A DNA stretch of 64,000 nucleotides. Source: Longimicrobiales bacterium (lineage in GTDB: Bacteria > Gemmatimonadota > Gemmatimonadetes > Longimicrobiales > Gaopeijiaceae). Position numbers and translations under genes: made by a program. The DNA lies in NCBI GenBank assembly GCA_965238005.1, contig OZ250165.1, positions 4,160,001 through 4,224,000 on the forward strand. The letters are read 5' to 3'. The number at the start of each line of letters is the position of its first letter. Positions within the stretch are counted from its first letter, which is position 1. Of the stretch, positions 39,046 through 48,801 are shown piece by piece. The notes beneath the pieces are model-generated. The model made no database searches. It had not been told where the DNA came from and saw only the letters and a list, made by a program, of their open reading frames with translations.

Positions 39046-39645
39046 TCAATCCGATCCGGGGGGGAAGAGCTCGTCCAAGACGGCTCGCATACGCCGGGTG
39101 TGGCTGCCCTCCCAGTAAATCCTCCGGCACCCCGGACAACGAGCGAGGGCTTGTTCCTGTTCCAGTACACGGGCGGGAACGTGGTCGCGAACGTCCGCCT
39201 CTTCCGCCGGAACGAGGGTGCTGTTGCATACGCGGCAGCGAGTGAAAAGGCGGAAGGGGCGCTCCAGGCCGAATGCACGAATCACCTCCCCGAGCTGCTC
39301 CAGGGGCTTCTCCGCCTCCAGCACCAGGCAGCCCTCCACGCGCCACTCTTCGGGAATCGAGCGGTCTCGGGTGAGGATGTGACGGCTCTCCGCCAGTGCC
39401 GTACGCACCAGCTCGGCGTTGGCTATGGCGTCGTCGTAGGCCGTGTCGTACCCCAGCGTTCTGAGCCACCTGGCCAGGCCGCCCAGCATGGCGTCGGCCA
39501 TGAAGCGTGGAGTGGTGGTGGAGAGGGGCGGGCCTATGCGCTGCTCGAGCCCCACCCGAGTGCCGCACGTACAGTGGATGGTGCGGCCGAACTGAAAGAG
39601 CGTCACGTCGTACTCGCGCCCACAGCAGGGACAGCGGATGGCCAT
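39046..39645 (-). CDS. Mut7-C (PIN-like) RNase domain protein with an extra N-terminal Cys-rich module
   Basis: FMADAMLGGLARWLRTLGYD...LTRD...FTRCRVCN...CPGCRRIYWEGSH; N-terminus CPCCGREYDVTLFQFGRTIHCTCG. Confidence 0.85.
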   Translation of the reverse strand: MAIRCPCCGREYDVTLFQFGRTIHCTCGTRVGLEQRIGPPLSTTTPRFMADAMLGGLARWLRTLGYDTAYDDAIANAELVRTALAESRHILTRDRSIPEEWRVEGCLVLEAEKPLEQLGEVIRAFGLERPFRLFTRCRVCNSTLVPAEEADVRDHVPARVLEQEQALARCPGCRRIYWEGSHTRRMRAVLDELFPPGSD

Positions 39646-39732
39646 CGTTGTCACCTCGTCACAGCATCCCGTGCGCCCGAAGCCAGTGCATCGACATGGT
39701 GCTCAAGGAGTAGAGGTCCTGCCGACAATCGC

Positions 39733-41151
39733 CTAGCTGATCGTTCCGCTCAGGGCCTTCACCAGCCGGTACAGGAACTCCTGGCCCTCGAGGAACGACC
39801 TGATGAGAATCCGCTCGTCCTGGCCGTGGGCCCGGACGTCGTCCACGTCTAGGAAGACGCCCGACACGCCGTAGACCGGAATCCCCGCCCGCCTCAAGTA
39901 GAGACCGTCCGTTGCGCCGGTGCTCATGACCGGTACGACGGGCACGCCCGGCCACATCTCCTCGGTGATCCGCTCGATGGGGCCAAGGACCTCGGCGCTG
40001 AGGGGTGAAGGGGGACTGGGGTTGGGCGTTGCGTCCGGGGTGATCTCCACTGCGGATCCCGCGATGCGCCTCAGCGTGGCCAGGACCGCTGCCGGGTCTT
40101 GGTTCGGGAGGATCCGGCAATTCACCATCGCCTCGGCAGTCTGGGGAAGGGCGTTGTCGGCGTGGCCGCCGCTCAGGCGCGTGGCGACGCAGGTGGTTCT
40201 CATGCGGGCGTTGTAGTGGGGGAAGGCTTGCAGGCGCTCCACCGCCGGGGCGTTCCTGGGATCGGCGAGCATAGTGCGCATGGCGGCCGCGATAGGGCCG
40301 CCTTCCACCTCGGCCGTTCCCCTGAAGTACGCCTCCGTCACGTCGTTCAGTATGACCGGGAACCGATACTCGCTGATCCGCAGGAGCGCGTTCACCAGGT
40401 CGTAGATGGCGTTGTCGTCGCGGGGAAGGGAGCTGTGGCCCCCCGGGTTCGTAGCCCTGAGGTTGAAGCTCTGGTAGACCTTCTCGCTGGCCTGGACCGA
40501 GTTCAGCTGGTGCTCGCCGTCCTTGATGGCTCCCCCCCCGCCCTCGTTGAGGGCGTAACCGGCGTCGATGAGGTCGCGCCGGTTCTGGATGAGCCACTGC
40601 ACTCCGTTGAACTGGCCACCTTCCTCGTCCGCGGTTAGCGCCACGATGATGTCCCGGTCCGGCACGAACCCTTCCTGCTTGTAGCGAATCAGGTTGGCCG
40701 TGTAGATCGCCGCTTCGTCCTTGTCGTCAGTGACGCCTCGTCCGTAGTAGTAACCGTCCTGCTCGATGAACGTCCACGGATCCATGCTCCAGTCCGTGGG
40801 CAGGGCCTCCACGACGTCGAGGTGAGCCAGAAGGAGGATCGGTGGCCGTCCCGTTTCGGCCCCACGGAGGCGAGCCACCAGGTTCATCTTCCGCTCGTTG
40901 GGTCCCACCACCTGGACGTCCTCGGGCGGAAACCCGGCATCGAGTAGGCGCCGGGCCATCGCCTCCGCAGCGGCCGTCGTTCCGGCCGAGTCCACCGTGA
41001 TGATCTCGATGAGCTCGCGGAAGAGCTCGCGGGCCAGCTCCTGATGGGGCTCCAGGGTGATCTCCTGGGCGGTGGTGGGTGGCGTGGCGAAGGCGGCTCC
41101 GACCACTATTGCCGAGGCAGCCAGGAGTATCCGTGTCGGCCAGCTATTCAT
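39733..41151 (-). CDS. M20/M25/M40 metallo-hydrolase, exported
   Basis: Signal peptide; LAHLDVV...GRGVTDDK...ADEEGG...NEGG...GGHSS...GATD...AHGQDER. Confidence 0.92.
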   Translation of the reverse strand: MNSWPTRILLAASAIVVGAAFATPPTTAQEITLEPHQELARELFRELIEIITVDSAGTTAAAEAMARRLLDAGFPPEDVQVVGPNERKMNLVARLRGAETGRPPILLLAHLDVVEALPTDWSMDPWTFIEQDGYYYGRGVTDDKDEAAIYTANLIRYKQEGFVPDRDIIVALTADEEGGQFNGVQWLIQNRRDLIDAGYALNEGGGGAIKDGEHQLNSVQASEKVYQSFNLRATNPGGHSSLPRDDNAIYDLVNALLRISEYRFPVILNDVTEAYFRGTAEVEGGPIAAAMRTMLADPRNAPAVERLQAFPHYNARMRTTCVATRLSGGHADNALPQTAEAMVNCRILPNQDPAAVLATLRRIAGSAVEITPDATPNPSPPSPLSAEVLGPIERITEEMWPGVPVVPVMSTGATDGLYLRRAGIPVYGVSGVFLDVDDVRAHGQDERILIRSFLEGQEFLYRLVKALSGTIS

Positions 41152-41154
41152 GCG

Positions 41155-41844
41155 TTACGTCTCCGACTCCAAAACCGTATCGATCCATGCCCGTGTCGAG
41201 TCCACGAGCTCGTCCAGCACTTCTTCGTCGGTCCGCCCCGAGCGCTTCAGGACGTGGAAGCTGTGGTCGGCTCCCTCGACGAGGTGCAGCGTAGCCCTCT
41301 CTCCCAAACTTTCGCAAACCGGTGCCAGCAGGTCCATGGGGGCGAGCTTGTCGCGGGGCCCCTGGAGAAAGAGCATGGGGACCGTGACGTCCCTGAGGTG
41401 ATCGGCCCGTTCGACACCCGGCTTGCCCACGGGGTGGAGAGGGAAGCCGTAGAAGACGATGCCCCGCACGCCCTCCAGCGGCTCCCCGGCTGCGGCCATG
41501 GAGGTCATCCGCCCACCCATGGACTTGCCGCCGGCGAAAAGTGGTACGCCTCCGGCGATGTCACTGGCAGCCGCCACCGCGGACCGCACCGTTTTCAGCA
41601 AGACTGGTCGGTAGTCCGGTCTCCTGCTCCTCTTCTCCATGTAGGGAAACTGGTACCGGAACGTGGCGACACCTTGGTCCGCCAGCCGCTCCGCCGCGGC
41701 CTCCATGAAGCGGTGGCGCATGCCGGCACCGGCTCCGTGGCCGAAAACGAGGAAGCAGCGGGCCTCGGCCGGCTCGAGGAGCAGAGCCGAGACCTCCCCA
41801 GAGCCCTCCGTGGCCTGGAAGCGGTGCTCGCTAAGGGTGTGCAG
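41155..41844 (-). CDS. Alpha/beta hydrolase (KANL3/Tex30-like)
   Basis: HGAGAGM...GGKSMGGR...GFPLHP...QGPRD...GADHSF. The frame stays open to CTG 41844, which is preceded by GGAGG. Confidence 0.88.
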   Translation of the reverse strand: MHTLSEHRFQATEGSGEVSALLLEPAEARCFLVFGHGAGAGMRHRFMEAAAERLADQGVATFRYQFPYMEKRSRRPDYRPVLLKTVRSAVAAASDIAGGVPLFAGGKSMGGRMTSMAAAGEPLEGVRGIVFYGFPLHPVGKPGVERADHLRDVTVPMLFLQGPRDKLAPMDLLAPVCESLGERATLHLVEGADHSFHVLKRSGRTDEEVLDELVDSTRAWIDTVLESET

Positions 41845-41867
41845 CGGGCCCTCCGCCTACGGTCCGC

Positions 41868-43046
41868 TCACGGTACCTGGATCGCCACGGAGAACCGGGT
41901 GCGATCCCAATCGAGGTGGAGCATGCCGCCATCGGCTGTCTCCTCCAGCGAGATTGTGAAGCGCTCCAGCATCTCGGGGAGCGACGACATGCTCATCTCC
42001 ACCGTGGCGAGGTCGTTCGCGGGGTCATAGGCGGTTCCCCCCTGACCCGCCTCACTGTTGATGATCAGCTGCTGGGAGTCGGCGGAATACGTCGACCAAA
42101 GCGTGTAGCTTCCGGCCGGTACGTTCGCTCCCCCGATCACGAGGTCCCTGTCCGCCGTAAAGACCGTTGCCGCGTTCGCCCCTGTCCGCCACACCTCCCC
42201 GTGGGGCACCAGCCCTCCCCAGATGTCCCGGCCACGCTTGGCCGGCTGCGAGTAGGCGATCTCGATGGTGACACCCTGCACGGTTCCCTGGGTGGTAGCG
42301 GCGGGCGACGGGACACCGATGCCCTCACCGCGCGCGTCCATGCCCGCCCACGTGGCGGCCAGCCCGTCCAAGTCGAGCTCCGCCACCTTCTCGGTGACGA
42401 TGTCCACGGTGGTGGGCGTGGCGTCGGCGCCGAGAATGTTACCGTCCGCGTCGGCCCAGGCCTTCAGAGGGGCACCGAAGAAGGTGAGGGCCACCGTGTC
42501 GCCGGCCAAGCGCCCGACGGTGTTGTTCACGGGCCGGGGGCGGGTGGGGTACACGAACTCGACGGCGTATTCGTCGGCACCGGAGGCCTGGGCCTGCCGC
42601 ATCGCCTGCTCGAAGGCGAACATGGCGATGGAGGCCCCTCCCAGCGTCGGAATCGCTCCGGGCCCCACGTCGAAGACGTTCGTAACGGGGCTTTGCCCGC
42701 TGGGGTGATCCACTGTGGCGGTTCCGTTGCTGATGGTGGCCGTCCACGATTGGGGAGCGGCACCCTCCGGGTTCTCTGCCGGAGTGCTCATCTCGGCCTC
42801 CAGATAGGAGATGGTCCCATCCGGGCCCAGGTCCGCGGCATAGGTGATCCGACGGGTGTACGGCAGCCGTGTGACCAGCTGACCCTCGATCCGAGTATCC
42901 GTTCGCGTGAACGTCTCGATGGTGACGGTATCACTCCCCAACCTCGAGACGAACGTGGCCGGACCCGAATCCTCAGGCTCACACCCCATGCTCAATACGG
43001 TCAGGGCGATGACCCCCCAACCGAGATTCCTATTCACATATGACAT
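41868..43046 (-). CDS. DUF2911-domain lipoprotein
   Basis: Lipobox-like SMGC; C-terminal PSP...YSQPAKRGR.IWGGLVPHGEVWRTGANAAT...GSYTL. Confidence 0.85.
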   Translation of the reverse strand: MSYVNRNLGWGVIALTVLSMGCEPEDSGPATFVSRLGSDTVTIETFTRTDTRIEGQLVTRLPYTRRITYAADLGPDGTISYLEAEMSTPAENPEGAAPQSWTATISNGTATVDHPSGQSPVTNVFDVGPGAIPTLGGASIAMFAFEQAMRQAQASGADEYAVEFVYPTRPRPVNNTVGRLAGDTVALTFFGAPLKAWADADGNILGADATPTTVDIVTEKVAELDLDGLAATWAGMDARGEGIGVPSPAATTQGTVQGVTIEIAYSQPAKRGRDIWGGLVPHGEVWRTGANAATVFTADRDLVIGGANVPAGSYTLWSTYSADSQQLIINSEAGQGGTAYDPANDLATVEMSMSSLPEMLERFTISLEETADGGMLHLDWDRTRFSVAIQVP

Positions 43047-43359
43047 TTTCGCCTCCGTCGTGGGCAGCGGGTCATCCCCCAGCCGCCGCCGGTTTCGTAG
43101 CCTTCTTCACGCATTTGTCGTACCAGGCCAGGTACCGCTGCAGCCGGTCAGTGCGGTCCTCTAGTCTGGAGCGTCGTCGTGAATCCGGGCCTCACGGACC
43201 GGAATCCCCCTACCCTGAATCCACGATGTTGGGGATTGTGGCTCACAGGGCGAGAGCGTGCAAGCCGATGTCCGCCGTTCCACCGCCGCGGTCGTGCGCG
43301 CTCGCGTGGGTTGGCTCTAGGTTGTCGCAGCGAACAAACTCATCTACAGGAGGTACACC

Positions 43360-43818
43360 ATGCTTCGAGGAGCATTCGCGCTTGCCCTGACCGCCGCGGT
43401 CGTCGGTTACCAGCCACCCGCATCCGAGGCCGACGCCGCCGAGCCCGCCGTCCAGCAAGCCATTCCGGAGTACCTCACCCCGGGCGGCTCGAACCCGAGC
43501 AGTTCGCTCTCCGCTGGCGTCCGTTACGGAGGTCTGCTCTTCATGTCGGGCAAGCTGGGAGTCCGGCCCGAGCGGGGGATCGAGCCCGAGACTCGCGCGG
43601 CTCTCACGACGATGAAGAACCAGATCGAGGAGTTCGGATCCTCCATGGACCGGGTGCTGAAGTGCACGGTCTTCCTCGCCGACATGGCCGAGTGGGGCGC
43701 CATGAACGAGGTCTACAAAGAGTTCTTCCCGGAGAACAAGCCGGCCCGTGCCGCAGTCGGAGTCAACGGCTTGGCGGCCAACGCGCGCGTCGAGATCGAG
43801 TGTATCGCGGCTGCGTAG
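43360..43818 (+). CDS. RidA/YjgF-family protein with N-terminal signal peptide
   Basis: LFMSGKLG...VLKCTVFLADM.EW.AMNEVY...PARAAVGV.GLA.NARVEIEC. Confidence 0.9.
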   Translation: MLRGAFALALTAAVVGYQPPASEADAAEPAVQQAIPEYLTPGGSNPSSSLSAGVRYGGLLFMSGKLGVRPERGIEPETRAALTTMKNQIEEFGSSMDRVLKCTVFLADMAEWGAMNEVYKEFFPENKPARAAVGVNGLAANARVEIECIAAA

Positions 43819-43927
43819 GACCCCTTACCCGGGGCCCGCTCGGGGCCTCGGGGTCTGTGCTGCCGCGGGGAGGTAGGGACCATCGGCCGGGGGAATCCCG
43901 GACGGGACATTCAGAGGAGTGAGTCAC

Positions 43928-44473
43928 ATGAGTGATCGACCCTTGGAGGTCGCTACGCTAGGCGGCGGCTGCTTCTGGTGTCTAGAGGCCGTGTATGAGC
44001 TCCTCCAGGGCGTGGAAACCACCATCTCGGGGGCGTCCGGCGGCCACGTCCTGAACCCCACCTATCAGGATCTCTGCTCGGGACGCTCCGGGCACGCGGA
44101 GGTGGTCCGGGTCGAGTTCGACCCCGTTGTGACGAGCTATCGCGAGATCCTCGAGGTCTTGTTCGCCATCCACGACCCCACCACGCTCGATCGGCAAGGA
44201 GCCGACGTGGGGCCCCAGTACCGCTCCGTCATCTTCTATCACTCGCCCGAGCAGAAGGAGACGGCCGAGGCTGTCATTGCCGAGCTCACCGTCGACGGCG
44301 TCTGGAAGGACCCGATTGTCACCGAGGTGGTGCCCTTCGAGTCCTTCTATCCGGCCGAGGACTACCATCGGGGCTACTACCGGCAGAACGGGAACCAGCC
44401 CTACTGCAGGGTCGTCATCGATCCGAAGGTTGCGAAGCTTAGGGCCAGGTTCGCCCACAAGTTGAAGGCATAG
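43928..44473 (+). CDS. msrA: Peptide-methionine (S)-S-oxide reductase
   Basis: GGGCFWCLEA...GHAEVV...HDPTTLDRQGADVGPQYRS...AEDYH...YC. Confidence 0.96.
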   Translation: MSDRPLEVATLGGGCFWCLEAVYELLQGVETTISGASGGHVLNPTYQDLCSGRSGHAEVVRVEFDPVVTSYREILEVLFAIHDPTTLDRQGADVGPQYRSVIFYHSPEQKETAEAVIAELTVDGVWKDPIVTEVVPFESFYPAEDYHRGYYRQNGNQPYCRVVIDPKVAKLRARFAHKLKA

Positions 44474-44586
44474 CTGCTTGCCGTCGACGAGTTGATGGCT
44501 GCGTGTATGATGGCGGCAATCAAGTCCGATGCGCCGCGCCCCGGAGGCGACGAGCACGAGGCAGAGCGAGTAGGCTTCTTCCCCCC

Positions 44587-46488
44587 TCACCCGCCTTCGC
44601 CCGCCCAGGCCACGATGAAGCGCCCGACAGTGACGGCTTCGGGATAGCGAGCCTGTAGTGCCTCGAGCAGATCCGGCGCCACCGGACCCGAGTAGCTCGG
44701 CCGCCTGTTGACCACGATGACATCGACGCCGTGCTCGTCTATCTCGGCGAGGATGCGCTCGGTCCGACCCTCCGGGTCTTCGAAGAGGTCGTAGAAGGAG
44801 GCGAGCGGGTTCTTGAGACCCGTGAGGAAGTACACCTCGGGGCTGTCCGGAATGGCGAGAAGGTATTCGTTGCCGCCGTGCTCTTCGATGATCTCGACCA
44901 GCGTCTCGTACACGCTCTTCTCACCCGGCGACACGCGGATGCCCCGAGCCCGTTCGAGCGCGAAAGGCTCGGTCTGATCCGGTGGGCGAATGAACATCGG
45001 GTTCATGTGCAGGACGATCACTCCGAGTGCGAGCATGATACACACATGAACGCGTCCGCTTAGCCGGGTGTCGGCGTGGCCGCCGATCGAGAGGGTCAGC
45101 AGCACGGCGACCGGCGCGACGAAGAAGACGTACGGACTGGCGGGCGTGGGCAGGTGCACGAGCGTGAGCAGCGCCGTGGCCGCCAGCACGAGGAAGCGAA
45201 GAGGCGCGTCTGCCTCGCCCCTACCGTTTGCCAAGCCCTCACTAGCCGCCCGCCCCGCCGCAAGCGACCACGCGCCGGCCAGGACGAGCACGGGGACCAG
45301 CGCCCCGAGGTGGAGGATGACCTCGAAGTGGAGCCGCACGTTCCCCTCCAGCGCGAGCAGGGCGGCCAGCGCAGCGATCAGGACTGCCCCCGCGACCCGG
45401 CGAGCGGCGTCGCCCGAGCTCGGCGCTCGCGCGATGAGCCACACGGCGACGCCGGCGGCGAGGATGCCACGCGGGGTGGGGAATGGGGCCGTGACCCGCT
45501 CGAAACGCGCGAAGGGCAGCACCAGCACACCGTGCACCAGGTCGCCCAACGCGCCTGCGATCAGGTAGGGAACCGTGAGTACGAGAACGGGCAGGGCGGC
45601 GCCCGCGAGCAGAATCGAGGTCGACCGGGCGAGAACGGTGAATCTCGCGCCGGCCGAGCGGCCGGACGAAGTCCGCAGCCGGTCGAATAGCACCGCCACC
45701 ACCGTGAGGGTAGCCGTAGCGTAGTAGAGAATTCCCACGACTCCGCCGCTGCGGCGGGCGAACAGGAAGACGACGGCTACGAGCAGTCCGAGCATGACCG
45801 CGACGACGGCTCGGTACGACGTGTCCGAAGTGCGGGGTGGCTCGTCACCTCCGGTCGACCCAGCGGCGGCGGCTCCGGACGAGCTGCGGTCGTGTCCCGC
45901 GTGCTCCACGTAAACCAGGAAGAGAAAGGCCGCCGTCAGGAAGTAAAGGCCGATGATCTTGAAGGTGATGGACACGCCGCCTGCCAGACCCGCCACGAAG
46001 AGCCACGAGGCGCGTCCGGTGTCGAGATACCGGACCAGCGCCACCATGCCCCAGGTAGCCAGGAACAGGTTGTACCAGCTCGGCATGCCCTCCGAGTACA
46101 TGGGCAGGGTCAGCGCCGCTGCGAGCAGTGTGGCGGTCGCCGCCAGTAGGCGCGGGGCGTACCGGTTTGCCAGGTACCAGACCGCCGGAATCCAGAGCAC
46201 ATACGCGCCGTAGAGCACCCAGCGCATTGGCGCCATGCCGACCCCCGCGAGCGCGAACGCGAGTGCGTTCAGGAAGGCGAGGCCGCCGGTGTACACCTCG
46301 GTGAAGTCTCGGTGGGGGAGCTCGCCGGCGAGCACGCGTTCGGCGGCATGACCCAACGTGCCCGCGTCCCAAGGGAGCCACCCGCGGTAGAGATAGAGCA
46401 GGGCGTAGCCCGCGCAAGCGGCCCAGATGGCGAACGGAAGCCACCGTGCCGTGCTCAACCTTTCCAGCGACCGCTCCAAGCTCGCCAT
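44587..46488 (-). CDS. GT-C superfamily (PMT/ArnT-like) integral membrane glycosyltransferase
   Basis: First loop DAG...GELPHRDF..YTGG, many TM segments and a periplasmic C-terminal domain. Confidence 0.75.
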   Translation of the reverse strand: MASLERSLERLSTARWLPFAIWAACAGYALLYLYRGWLPWDAGTLGHAAERVLAGELPHRDFTEVYTGGLAFLNALAFALAGVGMAPMRWVLYGAYVLWIPAVWYLANRYAPRLLAATATLLAAALTLPMYSEGMPSWYNLFLATWGMVALVRYLDTGRASWLFVAGLAGGVSITFKIIGLYFLTAAFLFLVYVEHAGHDRSSSGAAAAGSTGGDEPPRTSDTSYRAVVAVMLGLLVAVVFLFARRSGGVVGILYYATATLTVVAVLFDRLRTSSGRSAGARFTVLARSTSILLAGAALPVLVLTVPYLIAGALGDLVHGVLVLPFARFERVTAPFPTPRGILAAGVAVWLIARAPSSGDAARRVAGAVLIAALAALLALEGNVRLHFEVILHLGALVPVLVLAGAWSLAAGRAASEGLANGRGEADAPLRFLVLAATALLTLVHLPTPASPYVFFVAPVAVLLTLSIGGHADTRLSGRVHVCIMLALGVIVLHMNPMFIRPPDQTEPFALERARGIRVSPGEKSVYETLVEIIEEHGGNEYLLAIPDSPEVYFLTGLKNPLASFYDLFEDPEGRTERILAEIDEHGVDVIVVNRRPSYSGPVAPDLLEALQARYPEAVTVGRFIVAWAGEGG

Positions 46489-46489
46489 G

Positions 46490-47137
46490 TCAGTTGGAAC
46501 GTGTGCCGCGCACGAGCACGTGTGGATGCAGGTAGGCGCGGTCGAGGCGCTCGCCTACGACGTCGACGAATCCCGCATCTGAAACGTCGCGCGCGAGATC
46601 CTGCACGCTCTGGAAGTGGAGCTTGTCCCCCTCGGTGAGGTTTACCAGGCGCACCGCGAAGAACTCTTCTACAGCGGCGGGCCAGAACTTCCATCGGGGC
46701 CGAACGTCGAGTTCCTTCACCAGCAGGCTCCCTCCGGGTCGGAGGGCGTCTCGACACGCCCGCAGCACACTTCGCTTCTCCTCGGCGGGCAGCAGGTAGA
46801 GCACGTCGAAGATCGTGATGCAGTCGAAGTCGGCGCCGGGAATGTCCAGTGCTGAGCCTCGATGGAGGTCGAGGTCCGTGACGTTGGCACTTTGGGCGAT
46901 CTCGAGCTTTCTCGGGTCGGGATCAACGCCTGCCAGTTTCAGGTCAGGGCGTTCGAGTGAAAGGTAGGTGAGCCAAAGACCGGAACCGCAGCCCAGATCG
47001 AGCAGTCGGCCCCCTTCGGGCACGTGCGGCAGCACGGGATCGAACGGACTGATGCTCCAACGGATGAATCCGTAGGCGCGGGGGCCGAGGTCGAGGCCTC
47101 GGTACCTCGCGAGTACACGCCCCGCGCCCGCGGACAT
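46490..47137 (-). CDS. Class I SAM-dependent methyltransferase
   Basis: LLDLGCGSG...GVDPD...FDCITIFDVLY...LRPGG. Confidence 0.88.
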   Translation of the reverse strand: MSAGAGRVLARYRGLDLGPRAYGFIRWSISPFDPVLPHVPEGGRLLDLGCGSGLWLTYLSLERPDLKLAGVDPDPRKLEIAQSANVTDLDLHRGSALDIPGADFDCITIFDVLYLLPAEEKRSVLRACRDALRPGGSLLVKELDVRPRWKFWPAAVEEFFAVRLVNLTEGDKLHFQSVQDLARDVSDAGFVDVVGERLDRAYLHPHVLVRGTRSN

Positions 47138-47931
47138 CAGGCCGGCTCCGGGGTGGCTTCGTCGGACCGGCGTGCGCGAACGATCAGCCCGACACCCATT
47201 GGCAGGTCGCCGATGCGCATCAGTGACCCCTCGAGCGAGAGTAGTCCTGCCAGCATCTGGTTCACGGGCCACGGGGGCACGAAGAAGCCACTCATGCCTT
47301 CGTCGCCTTCCACGTTCTTCTTTGGCAACAGCCGCTGGAGCAGCCGCACCGTCGCGATCGCAGGGAACAGGAATGCGTTCACGTAGGTGAGCTGCTCGAT
47401 CTGCCAGCCGGTGTCGCGCACGCGTTGCTGCAGCTCGCGCCACCGATACCGCCGAACGTGGTGCACCGCGTCGTCGTGTGTGCTCCACAGCCACCTGTGC
47501 GCCGAGGTCATGAGCAATAGGTGCCCTCCGGGTTTGGTCACGCGGCGCATCTCCACGAGCATGCCGACGTCGTCGGGCACGTGCTCGATCACGCCGAGCG
47601 CGGTGACCAAGGCGAACGCCCGGTCTGGCATCGGGAGTTCGGTCGCCGAGCCCACCAGGACCTTCGGCCAGCCGCGGTCACGGGCGAACGCCGCGGCCGA
47701 CGGCGAGTAGTCGACGCCATACGGACGACCATAGGTCTCGAGCAGCGCGAGGTTGCCGCCGGTTCCACAACCCACGTCCAACACCTTCCGGGGCGGCTCG
47801 GTCTGCCGGCCCTCCCCCACTTCGCCCCACACGATCCGAGAGAGTTGCTTCCGGTAGATCTCCCGCATGCCGAGGAACCACCAATGGGATTCCTCGATCT
47901 CTCGGGTTTGCACGTACGCCAGTTCCTGCAT
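47137..47931 (-). CDS. Class I SAM-dependent methyltransferase
   Basis: EESHWWF...VLDVGCGTG...VIEHV.DD...KPGG...LWSTHD...HVRRY. Confidence 0.9.
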   Translation of the reverse strand: MQELAYVQTREIEESHWWFLGMREIYRKQLSRIVWGEVGEGRQTEPPRKVLDVGCGTGGNLALLETYGRPYGVDYSPSAAAFARDRGWPKVLVGSATELPMPDRAFALVTALGVIEHVPDDVGMLVEMRRVTKPGGHLLLMTSAHRWLWSTHDDAVHHVRRYRWRELQQRVRDTGWQIEQLTYVNAFLFPAIATVRLLQRLLPKKNVEGDEGMSGFFVPPWPVNQMLAGLLSLEGSLMRIGDLPMGVGLIVRARRSDEATPEPA

Positions 47932-47934
47932 GGG

Positions 47935-48801
47935 TCAGGCGGCCAAGTCGGCGAAGGTGCTCAGCGAGTAGCCCTCTCGCTCGAGCGAGGTCCCTAGCTC
48001 CGGATCAGTCAGCGCGGCGGTCTCACCACTCCAGTCATATCCCCAATGGTACCGCTCCTGGAGTGAGCGCGACGTGACGCCCGGGTGCGCGACCAGCTCC
48101 GCGACCCCCCCACCGCCCTTCTCGGTTCTCAGGCCGCGCAGGATGCGATCGGTGCTCAGGTGTCCGCTGTGGCCCAACGCTGGGGTCGAGTCGGGCGAAC
48201 GGAGCGGCCGAAGCGAGGCGCGCCGCACGCTTTGCAGCACGTTCAGCCCGGATCTCATCACCATTAGAGTCTTGGTCGGCGTCCCGGCCCCGATCGGATC
48301 GAAGCGGGGAACGCGGATCCAGCGGATGTCGTTTTCGAGCGCCAGCTCCACGACGGCCGGCCAGATCGTGGGTAGTAGGTGAACGTGTTGGTGGGCGTCC
48401 AAATGGCTCGGCCGGATGCCGACCTCGAGCAGCTTGGCAAGTTGGGCCTCGATTTCGCGGCGCACCGCCTTTCCGGAGATCTGTCCGGTGAGCACCCGGC
48501 CGAACAGGGCCGAATGGTCCTTCGGAAACTGGCCGTCAGACCGGGCCAGTCCTCCCAGCGACTTCGCCGGCGAGAGCGGGCGCTCTTCGACCAGTGTGAG
48601 ATGCAGCCCGATATCCAAGTGGGGACACCGGGCACAGGTCGCTACGCCGTCCTCGAACGCCTCACCGACCACCGAGACCGAAGCGCTCGTGACGATGCCT
48701 TCCCGATGTGCCTTTTCGATGCCTCGGTTGATGTCCGTGTGCAAGCCGAGATCGTCGGCGTTCACGATGAGGATCCGATCGGCTGGGCCGGAGCCGGCCA
48801 C
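47935..48801 (-). CDS. YdjC/ChbG/HpnK-family carbohydrate deacetylase
   Basis: LIVNADDLG...GLHLTL...HLDAHQHVH...ELVAHPG. Confidence 0.92.
   Translation of the reverse strand: MAGSGPADRILIVNADDLGLHTDINRGIEKAHREGIVTSASVSVVGEAFEDGVATCARCPHLDIGLHLTLVEERPLSPAKSLGGLARSDGQFPKDHSALFGRVLTGQISGKAVRREIEAQLAKLLEVGIRPSHLDAHQHVHLLPTIWPAVVELALENDIRWIRVPRFDPIGAGTPTKTLMVMRSGLNVLQSVRRASLRPLRSPDSTPALGHSGHLSTDRILRGLRTEKGGGGVAELVAHPGVTSRSLQERYHWGYDWSGETAALTDPELGTSLEREGYSLSTFADLAA

Noticed and set aside
43819..43915. Several GC-rich hairpins upstream of msrA as a riboswitch or terminator
   Set aside because: No U-tract and no recognisable aptamer consensus; such hairpins are expected at this GC content. An Rfam scan would settle it.
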